DNA of 15,352 nucleotides. It comes from Desulfurococcaceae archaeon. Lineage in GTDB: Archaea > Thermoproteota > Thermoprotei_A > Sulfolobales > Desulfurococcaceae. Of this stretch, positions 8,189-15,352 are shown in pieces (within the stretch, counting starts at the first letter, position 1; each line of letters opens with the position of its first letter). A model generated the notes under the pieces. That model did not search any database. It was not told the DNA's origin and worked only from the letters and a program-made list of their open reading frames with translations. Position numbers and translations under genes: made by a program. The stretch covers positions 1 through 15,352 of the forward strand of contig JAWAJB010000020.1 of NCBI GenBank assembly GCA_038888155.1, in the 5' to 3' direction.

Positions 8189-8399
8189 TACAAATCCATA
8201 GCTAAGACTGACAACAGTTTAAGTTAGGAGACACTGAAAGAAAAAGAGAAGGTTTTTGAAGTTTTACTCCATCCTTTAGCCGTTATGGTGTTTCCTTCTA
8301 TTTGAAATATGAAGGCTGTAGCTTTATGTTTGGTGGTGCTGCAAATTTGAGATCTATTGATCGGCTTGTTCGATTGTTCCAGTTTGTGCCTACTTCGTC

Positions 8400-8838
8400 C
8401 ACTTCACTTTACAATCATCATTGAAGAGTGATTGCGGCAATACGTTGCCATATTCTGAGCGCTAAGCCCATATTAGAGGCGGTTTCTAACATAAAAGTCG
8501 TAGAACCCAAAATCCTCACGTAAATGCAATCTTATGAACCAGTAGCCGCTTGCATCCAGCCAATTACTACGCTCAATGATGCATCAACAACGTAATCACA
8601 GGTTAAAGCGGTAGCCTTAGCTTGTTGCCATAACCCATCTTTTATGTCATAAATTTCCATTGATCGCCCACTCCATTGATTGTATGCTAAAATATCAGCT
8701 CAATCAGTGGCTACAAGCATAGTTTTTTACATGTAGGTGTAGTCAGGTTCCCATGGTCGATCCCGATTTGATCTAATATTGTAGCCTATTAAGGAATACC
8801 CCTTACCGTCCTCAAAATGAAGAAGTTGTATTAGCATT
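8400..8838 (-). pseudogene. Possible decayed gene fragment of unknown function
   Basis: Protein-like minus-strand stretches broken by stops: MLIQLLHFEDGKGYSLIGYNIRSNRDRPWEPDYTYM*KTMLVATD*ADILAYNQWSGRSMEIYDIKDGLWQQ.. and DASGYWFIRLHLREDFGFYDFYVRNRL*YGLSAQ. No family recognised. Confidence 0.3.
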
Positions 8839-8881
8839 TGTGTTCATAAATGTTAGGGTTAGTAGATTAAGGAAGTAGCTT

Positions 8882-9222
8882 TTAAGCTCTGCAACTAACA
8901 AAAACGTCTACACAGTCAAGGAAGTAATTCAGGAAACAAGGGATTCTGAGAGCCTCAAAACCTCTAACTAGCTCTCCCAGCAAATAGAGTGAAGGTCAGT
9001 GAGCATGAAATCACACACAAAGAAAGAATTAGTCAGCTAGCCGAGAAACTTAGCATACTAAAGAAACTCTCTAGGACAGACCTAGAACTCCTAGTCCTAG
9101 CAAGCGAGCTCTTAGAAAAGTGTGGCAGCGTAGCAGTCATAAGCGACGATACAGCACTGAGAAGAATAGCTACGCAGATAGGCGCGAAAACCCTGACTAT
9201 AAGGTATAGGGGACGTAAATAA
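8882..9222 (+). pseudogene. NOB1-type PIN-domain ribonuclease, 5'-truncated and frameshifted
   Basis: An upstream frame reads NVYTVKEVIQETRDSES. ORF 8989-9222 then has KLSRTDLELLVLASEL..VAVISDDTALRRIATQIG..IRYRG, matching NOB1-like PIN motifs. The N-terminal 'vlDTsa' acidic motif is missing. Confidence 0.75.
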
Positions 9223-9325
9223 GCTGGTTACTCATGAAGAATGAGTTCTAAACTTGCGCCCTAGTCCTAACTTAATTCGTTAGCATACTTGAATCAGGAC
9301 TTGCGTAATCAATTTAAAAACTACT

Positions 9326-9351
9326 CTAATTACTAATTCTAATTACTAATT
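9326..9351 (+). repeat. 13-bp tandem duplication CTAATTACTAATT x2
   Basis: Exact copies at 9326-9338 and 9339-9351. Confidence 0.85.
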
Positions 9352-9372
9352 TACTAAACTAGGATATTACTG

Positions 9373-9473
9373 GCGGGAGCGCCCGAGCATGGTTAAAGGG
9401 GGCGGACTTAAGACCCCCTTAATGTAGGAGATCGCTGGCATAGGCCTGCATGGGTTCAAATCCTGCCTCCGTA
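9373..9473 (+). pseudogene. Degenerate tRNA-Leu(TAA) with an 18-nt 37/38 intron (9413-9430); candidate attR
   Basis: Reads GCGGGAG-CG-CCCGAGCATGGTTAAAGGG-G-GCGGA-CT-TAA-G[intron]A-TCGC-TGGCATAGGCCTGC-ATGGG-TTCAAAT-CCTGC-CTCCGT-A. There are 1-nt deletions in the anticodon and acceptor stems and an A-C mismatch in the T stem. Confidence 0.85.
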
Positions 9474-9510
9474 CTAATTTACCAGCATTGGTTTTCGAGG
9501 TTAAATAGAG

Positions 9511-9558
9511 TTGATCTCCTCACAGAACCCTCCCTCTTAAGGTGCGGGTCAGGAGATA
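9511..9558. mobile_element. Possible collapsed IS200/IS605-type end remnant (hairpin)
   Basis: Stems ATCTCCT/AGGAGAT and ACCC/GGGT. TTGATCTCCTC and GAACCCTCCCTCTTAAGGTGCGGGTCAGGAGATA resemble, from memory, archaeal IS605/tnpB element ends. Confidence 0.35.
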
Positions 9559-9586
9559 TTGCTTAGGCAGTGTGAATCACGGAGGT

Positions 9587-11929
9587 TCATGCGTAACTAA
9601 ACAACTTATATATCGTGGTTTTAGCGATGTCAGTAGCTAGCAATGTTACTGTAATAGTGTAGGCCAGTGCTAATGCTATAACATGTGAGGGTAGCGGCGG
9701 TATTATTATGCCTCTCCATACCAGTATTGTTGCTACTATGCTGTCAACTATTATGGCTAACAGCATGTACTTGCTTGGCCTCGAGCTCCAGAATACTCCA
9801 GTCTCTCTAAAGTTTACTATGTTTATAAGTCCTGAGAGGAGGAGTACGTAAAACGTAAAACTTTGGAGTTGCGGATACGATAAGTTAATGAGTTTTGCCA
9901 TATATAGCGCTATAAATAGCTCCGCAAGTTTCACAATACCAAGCATTGTTGATATCGCTGTAAGCTTCCTTATATTCCACCTCTCCGGCTTTTTACTCGG
10001 CATTAATACATCAATACTTATGGATAAGGTTACAAAATCGTAGAGAAAAAGCATTAATATCATGTGTGTTGGGGTTAACACTGGAAGCCCTAGGAGCAGT
10101 GTTGATATAGCTACAAAATATACTATGCTGAACGTCTTAACGATCTTATTTATAGTCCAAACAACAATCTTCCTATAAGTCATTCTCCCAAGCCTTATAA
10201 TATTGGTAATCTCCCTCAACCCTGGCGATGTAAGTACTACAGAAGAAACTGATTTGGCTACGTCCGTAGCTCCGCTCACGGCTATGCCTAGATCCGCCTT
10301 CTTAAGCGCTGGCGCATCATTTACTCCATCACCTGTCATGCCAACTACATGCCCCCTCTTCTGTAGAGTCTCTACAATACTATATTTGTCCTCAGGTATT
10401 ACTTCCGCGAAGATCTCGATATCCTCAATGCTTTCAGGGAGTCGCTCTTTAGGTAACTCTCTTAAGCTAACAGCTTTCCCGCCTATACTGACCTTACCTG
10501 CTATAGCTTTAGCTACGTGTATGTTATCTCCCGTAATCATTTTTGGCGTTACACCAAGACTCTTTATAACGTCTATGAATTGCTTAGAGTCTTCACGAGG
10601 TCTGTCATAGAGTCCTAGTAACCCAACAATTTTAACTAAGTCTTGCTGTGTCTCTATCGCCACGGCTAGTGGTCTAAGTCCCTCTCTACCAAGCTCCCTA
10701 ACAAGCTCTTCAATTCCTTCTTTGTTGCTGTTAGTGGCTATCTGGAGAATCGCTTGCGGCGCACCCTTAATAATTCTCATTCTTCGTCCCTGTAGCTGAA
10801 CAAATACTTCACTTCTCTTTGTTTCCGGAGTGAATGGCTTGAATTCTGAAATATCCGCTATATTTATATTAATGTTCATCTCCTTAGCTTTCTGTCTAAT
10901 GGCGTTATCTATAGGGTCTTTCGTTACTTCTTCAGATGCTAGGGCAGCGTACAGCACTATATCCTCCTCGCTATATCTGTTATCTAGTGGAATTACTTTA
11001 CCTATTACCAATCTATTCTCAGTTATTGTGCCCGTTTTGTCTAAACATATGACATCCATCATAGAGGCAGCTTCTATGGCCTCAAGCCTCCTAACAATTA
11101 TGCCACTTTTCGCAAGCTCAACACTCCCTAAAGCGAGGGTTATGGTAGTCATGGCTGGCAGGGCTATAGGTATTGAGGCTAACAACAACGTTAAGGTGAA
11201 AGGCAGGACTTCTAAAACATTAAGTCCTACTAAAACAAGCTTGACTACAACCAATACTATGAAGATAGAGTCTACTAGAAGAAGCCATTTAGTTATGCTG
11301 TTAGTTATCTCCTCTATTAGGAGTCTAGGCTTTGCTATTTGGACAAGCTCGACTGTTCTACCGAAGCGCGTCTTTACACCAGTTGCAACAACCTTAATGA
11401 TTGCCTCTCCCCTAACAATCGTTGTTCCAGCATAGACGTTATCGTTTATGCTTTTCTCAGCAGGCACAGACTCACCAGTCAGCGCAGATTCATCAATGGT
11501 TATAGAACCTTCTAAAATAACGCCGTCAGCAGGTATGATATCGCCCATAGAAAGCTTTACAATATCTTCTGGCACAATATATTCAGCCGCGACATCAACC
11601 CACCCCCTATCCCTCAAAACTTTAACAGTCACTTTTAGCCTCGATTTAAGCATCTCAATAGCTTTACCAGCCCTATACTCGTGTACAACGCCAACGACAG
11701 CATTTACGAGGAGTAGCGAAACCATTATGATGAAGTCTACGTATTTTCCTAAAACAAAAGAGATGACGGCGGCCACTTCTATAATATACGGTGTTAGCCC
11801 TGTAAACTTCTTTAAGAAAATTACTACAGTCTTTTCTCTTCTTTCAGGCACTTTATTAAGACCGTAAATCTCAAGCCTCTTAGCGGCTTCCTCGCTTGTT
11901 AAGCCTCTATATTCGTTCGTCACACACAT
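9587..11929 (-). CDS. Plasma-membrane-type proton-efflux P-type ATPase (P3A)
   Basis: 780 aa with IDESALTGES, ASIPIALP (cf. P3A GGIPIAMP), CLDKTGTITEN, FKPFTPETKR, KGAPQAI and MTGDGVNDAPALKKAD. The M6 Asp in LFLYDFVTLSISID corresponds to the proton-acceptor Asp of P3A pumps. Confidence 0.9.
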   Translation of the reverse strand: MCVTNEYRGLTSEEAAKRLEIYGLNKVPERREKTVVIFLKKFTGLTPYIIEVAAVISFVLGKYVDFIIMVSLLLVNAVVGVVHEYRAGKAIEMLKSRLKVTVKVLRDRGWVDVAAEYIVPEDIVKLSMGDIIPADGVILEGSITIDESALTGESVPAEKSINDNVYAGTTIVRGEAIIKVVATGVKTRFGRTVELVQIAKPRLLIEEITNSITKWLLLVDSIFIVLVVVKLVLVGLNVLEVLPFTLTLLLASIPIALPAMTTITLALGSVELAKSGIIVRRLEAIEAASMMDVICLDKTGTITENRLVIGKVIPLDNRYSEEDIVLYAALASEEVTKDPIDNAIRQKAKEMNININIADISEFKPFTPETKRSEVFVQLQGRRMRIIKGAPQAILQIATNSNKEGIEELVRELGREGLRPLAVAIETQQDLVKIVGLLGLYDRPREDSKQFIDVIKSLGVTPKMITGDNIHVAKAIAGKVSIGGKAVSLRELPKERLPESIEDIEIFAEVIPEDKYSIVETLQKRGHVVGMTGDGVNDAPALKKADLGIAVSGATDVAKSVSSVVLTSPGLREITNIIRLGRMTYRKIVVWTINKIVKTFSIVYFVAISTLLLGLPVLTPTHMILMLFLYDFVTLSISIDVLMPSKKPERWNIRKLTAISTMLGIVKLAELFIALYMAKLINLSYPQLQSFTFYVLLLSGLINIVNFRETGVFWSSRPSKYMLLAIIVDSIVATILVWRGIIIPPLPSHVIALALAYTITVTLLATDIAKTTIYKLFSYA

Positions 11930-12035
11930 CCCTACACCGACATCCTTGACTTAGGTTATTTATTTTTGAGTTTAAGCGTAGCAAACAACATAGGAGTAGG
12001 AGAACATTTATAGTGCTCATGCTGCTTTAGACTCG

Positions 12036-12430
12036 TTTACAAGCGAGGAATTTATTGACGTGGAGGTGTTTCTTAGAGCGCTCCAGGTCATATAACCATA
12101 AATTCAGCAGCCCATAGGTTATAGGATTTACAGTATTCCAGGATCGATAGTAGCTACTTTAAGGATGGTGCTATCAGCTTATTTAATCATGTGAGGTGTT
12201 GCAGTAGGCTTACCCCCCTACATAACAATACCTCTAGCTAGAACGATACTGAAGGGCATAAACTCTGCTGTCATAGCGCTAGTACTAATAATTCTACTAA
12301 CAATAAGCCAGCAAGACAGCACTGTAGGACTCGTTGAGGTAATGATATTAATCACGGCCTTTACTCTAGTCTTTCTCTTCAAATAACATCCAGTAACTGC
12401 TATAGGGGTCTCCGCAGTGCTAAGCCTACA
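12036..12430 (+). pseudogene. Short-chain chromate transporter (CHR family) remnant, 5'-truncated
   Basis: Segments TSEEFIDV, then S*SAPGHITINSAA, then IGYRIYSIPGSIVATLRMVLSAYLIM*..ARTILKGINSAVIALVL..LFK*HPVTAIGVSAVLSL. These match the CHR motif 'eeF.d..ai.qs.PGPiain.atfiGy...g..Ga.vAt'. Stops at 12192 and 12384. Confidence 0.8.
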
Positions 12431-12778
12431 CGCGGAGACCAGCCTCGGGCTGTCAATAAGTCCCTGCCTTACGAGCCTTGTAGATGATAAACAGGCCTAT
12501 TTATTAACTAACGTGTTATATCATGAAAAGGCAGCTGTGATTTTTAGCCATTTACTCACGAGACTTCTACGATAGAACGGCATACGTTCTGGGATTTGAT
12601 CATAGACTTAATAAGCGGGCAAGCCCGCATTTCCTCAACTTGCTTCTATCAAGTTGTAGAGAATAATAATTCTAGTAAATTTATGCGTAAACCCCACTCC
12701 TGCACTTATCGATATTTCCTTACTGCAATCTATGAAATTACAAGGATTTTCGGAATAAGAGCTGTTTAAAAGGCAACT

Positions 12779-15352
12779 TCAAATAGTTTTAACCACCGTC
12801 AATGGCTTTACCTCTTGGTAAAAAGCTTTAAGCACTTCTTCAGCTTTTTCTTTGCCTGCTTCAACCAAATCTATCTTCTCCTGGAGGATTCTCGTCCTTT
12901 CTTCATTTACTAAGCTATGGAACTTCTCATTAAGGTACTTAAATACACTTTTGCCCCTCAATGTAGCTATTAGCTTATTTTTGCCAACTTCTACAACATA
13001 CCCCCTCCTCTTAAGTATGTCAAGTATCTTTGCGTAAGTTGATGGCCTGCCAATACCCTTATCTCTCATTAACTCAACTAAGTCGCTATACGTGTATAAT
13101 GGATGCTCTGGCACAGATCTTGACTTTACGCTTTCTACTTCATACTCACCATCACTTACACCCCCTAAGTCCACGGGGTTTAAGGCTTTATTCAATTTGT
13201 TAAAGCCATCATCAATGACCTTTGTTATGAAGGAGAATTCCTTTGTAAAGCCCTTAAAATCTAGGGTGAACGTAGTTTTCTCAACTATACATGGCTTCAT
13301 CTGGCTAGAGACAAATCTCTTAAACACAAGATCGTATAATCTATAGTCCTCAGGTCTAAGTGGAACTGCTAGCGATAGCAGTCCTGCTGCTCTAAGAGCC
13401 ATTACTTGCTTTGAGTCAAGAGGCTTCGTAGGCCTTATACATTCATGAGCGCCAGGCTTCTCCCACTTTCTAGCGTGAAAGTAATTCTCTCCATAAACTC
13501 TCGATATATAGTCCTTGGCTATAGAAATCCCCATTGCACTAACAGTCGTGCTGTCAGTTCTGTGATAAGTTATTAATCCTGCTTCAAAGAGCCTCTGTGC
13601 AGAATCCATGATTTTCATTGCTGGAAGCTTAAGTATTCGAGAAGCATCTGAAAGCATGGAGTCAGTAGTATAAGGCGGAGGTGGATGAACTACAACTACC
13701 TCCCTTCTAACGTTCCTTAAATTAACTCTACCAACACTTTTAATCTCCTTAGCAGTATGCCTAGGCGCCTTAAAGAAAAGAGTTACGTTGACGCCCTTTA
13801 GCTTAAGTGTAATTAAGTCGGCTCTCTCCTTATGCCTATCAGTTCTCTCCACAATCCATCCTAAGACAGGTGTCTGAACTCTGCCTGCTGATAAATAGTT
13901 TAATCCAAACTTACGCCATAGTATGGGACTTAAGCTAAAGCCTATCCACCGATCTTCAATTCTCCTAACAATTTGTGCTTCAACCATATTCCTATCTACA
14001 TTAGTGAGAGACTTCAGCGCTAATGTAAGACCTCTACGGGTGACTTCATGGAATCTAACTCTGTAAATTCTACTATTTAACGGCTTTAACAAGAGCATTA
14101 CATCCCACGCGATCTTCTCTCCCTCAGAATCAGGATCTGTTCCAATAAGTATTTCATCGACTTGCGAAGCAAGATGTCTTAGGGCCTCTATGATGGGCTT
14201 AGCCTCCACAAATACTTTACTACCACAGAATGGGCATGAAGATTCATCCTCGGGAGTATCTCTACCGCACCTAATACATTTCCTTATAGGCTTATATATT
14301 GGTTTAAACGATGATTTTCCAACAATTACTCCAAAGAATCCTTCATTTGTAACTAAGTCAAGTATATGTCCACCTGTAGCAGTCACTATCATTAACCTAT
14401 CCTCAGTCAAGACTTCATAGGACTGCAATCCATTAACGATCCTTCTAGTAGGTCTACCGAAAAACCTTGCTATAGTCCTAGCTTTATTAGGCGATTCAAC
14501 TATGAAAAGTGCTGTCTTCATAAGTTCCCTTCTCTTGATCCTCAGCTTTCCTTCAAGCGCCAGCTTAACCCTTCTTCTATCCATGTCTACTTCTTTAATT
14601 ACTTTACTAAGCATGTTTTCATCGTATTCCCTGAAGTCTATAGTTTCAAGAAGCAACTTGAGATCCTTTAACAATGCGTTAAACGCCTTTTCATCATCAA
14701 TTATAAGTATACTTAAGCCCTTGGTTAAGCCCCCAACATACAACCTTGAAGTTCTACCGCTAGCCTGAATGTAGGCTGTTGCATCAGGTATAATAAAGTA
14801 GTATTCGCCTTCCTTACCGCCAAATGTAATAGTTTTACTCTTAGTCAATTTATCTACAACTTCAGGATCTTTGAGAACTTTATTAATAAATTCAAGTGAT
14901 TCACAAGCAATTCTTCTAACAAGTTCTCGATACCCCGTTAATTCTTCACCTGTTTTTAATGCACTGCGAACAGCTTCTAAAACATCCCTGCTAGCTAGCC
15001 TTATCTTTATGAGGCCTCCGAGGACTTTATTGAACTCTGAAGGGTACTTATTATATATGACGTCTCTTACTTCGTTAAGCAGTATAAGCCATCTCCCAGG
15101 GTGAAATTCATCCACGCTTATCCTCAGCATGAATTTAGGAACTCCAGCGAACACAGCGTACCTAACTCTCTCAGGTAAATCTATTCCTCTAGTGAGAGGA
15201 CTTCTATACGATGCTATTCCTATCAATGCATCTATTTCACTTGAAACAAACTTCTCAAACACTCTCTTCCTAGCCCCTAAGTAAGCTTCAACTTTAAGCC
15301 CCCTGCTCTTGAGGAACTCAGCTATTTTCTCCACGTATTCAACTCCTTTATC
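12779..15352 (-). CDS. rgy: Reverse gyrase, 5'-partial (frame is open to the window edge)
   Basis: Helicase-like motifs RGIDLPERVRYAVFAGVPK and YIQASGRTSR are fused to topoisomerase IA motifs VESPNKARTIA, GHILDL, CxxC..CxxC Zn finger, GTDPDSEGEKIAWD, SAGRVQTPVL, GLITYHRTDS (catalytic Tyr), GAHECIRPT and GIGRPSTYA. Confidence 0.98.
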   Translation of the reverse strand, partial: DKGVEYVEKIAEFLKSRGLKVEAYLGARKRVFEKFVSSEIDALIGIASYRSPLTRGIDLPERVRYAVFAGVPKFMLRISVDEFHPGRWLILLNEVRDVIYNKYPSEFNKVLGGLIKIRLASRDVLEAVRSALKTGEELTGYRELVRRIACESLEFINKVLKDPEVVDKLTKSKTITFGGKEGEYYFIIPDATAYIQASGRTSRLYVGGLTKGLSILIIDDEKAFNALLKDLKLLLETIDFREYDENMLSKVIKEVDMDRRRVKLALEGKLRIKRRELMKTALFIVESPNKARTIARFFGRPTRRIVNGLQSYEVLTEDRLMIVTATGGHILDLVTNEGFFGVIVGKSSFKPIYKPIRKCIRCGRDTPEDESSCPFCGSKVFVEAKPIIEALRHLASQVDEILIGTDPDSEGEKIAWDVMLLLKPLNSRIYRVRFHEVTRRGLTLALKSLTNVDRNMVEAQIVRRIEDRWIGFSLSPILWRKFGLNYLSAGRVQTPVLGWIVERTDRHKERADLITLKLKGVNVTLFFKAPRHTAKEIKSVGRVNLRNVRREVVVVHPPPPYTTDSMLSDASRILKLPAMKIMDSAQRLFEAGLITYHRTDSTTVSAMGISIAKDYISRVYGENYFHARKWEKPGAHECIRPTKPLDSKQVMALRAAGLLSLAVPLRPEDYRLYDLVFKRFVSSQMKPCIVEKTTFTLDFKGFTKEFSFITKVIDDGFNKLNKALNPVDLGGVSDGEYEVESVKSRSVPEHPLYTYSDLVELMRDKGIGRPSTYAKILDILKRRGYVVEVGKNKLIATLRGKSVFKYLNEKFHSLVNEERTRILQEKIDLVEAGKEKAEEVLKAFYQEVKPLTVVKTI

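Larger units (their letters stand above)
660..9483. mobile_element. Decayed tRNA-Leu-integrated genomic island bounded by imperfect direct repeats (660-708 and 9436-9483)
   Basis: An integrase pseudogene lies about 0.55 kb downstream of the tRNA. The repeats match at 41/49 nt by manual alignment and include the non-tRNA trailer ACTAA(C/T)TTACC. The interior is mostly pseudogenes plus an IS remnant. Confidence 0.65.

Noticed and set aside
5699-8201. Plus-strand ORFs 5699-6004, 6215-6664, 6412-6654, 7312-7509 and 7992-8201
   Set aside because: Antisense shadows of mgtA with no recognisable motifs.
8122-8280. Mg2+ or other riboswitch upstream of mgtA
   Set aside because: No recognisable aptamer, and the putative TATA implies a leader of only about 30 nt.
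9373-9473. Split or permuted tRNA, or a C8-to-U8 edited functional tRNA
   Set aside because: Both halves are contiguous and in normal order, and deletions in two stems indicate a pseudogene. The other two tRNAs encode T8.
10203-11867. Plus-strand ORFs 10203-10610, 10830-11435 and 11448-11867
   Set aside because: Antisense shadows of the P3A ATPase; the Ser/Thr/Ile-rich composition is typical of reverse-frame translation.
12852-15104. Five short plus-strand ORFs within rgy
   Set aside because: Antisense shadows of reverse gyrase.
1-15352. CRISPR array or rRNA
   Set aside because: No regularly spaced repeats or rRNA-like sequence seen.

Overview
Archaeal (probably thermophilic Thermoproteota-like) region. 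It runs from a partial flavodoxin-like gene and two tRNAs (Ser-CGA with an intron, Leu-CAG) on the left to a partial reverse gyrase gene on the right. Directly after tRNA-Leu(CAG) is a decaying island of about 8.8 kb. It holds pseudogenes for an RHH/coiled-coil protein, a tyrosine integrase, an IS110 transposase (with a structured non-coding left end, a candidate bridge RNA), an APC amino-acid permease and a NOB1-type PIN protein. It also holds an MgtA-type P3B ATPase with an intact core whose ~110-aa C-terminal extension has been frameshifted off. The island ends at a degenerate intron-containing tRNA-Leu(TAA) that shares its 3' half and trailer with tRNA-Leu(CAG). Beyond it lie a possible collapsed IS200/IS605 end remnant, an intact P3A H+-ATPase and a chromate-transporter pseudogene. 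All calls come from manual translation and motif recognition; no database searches were run.
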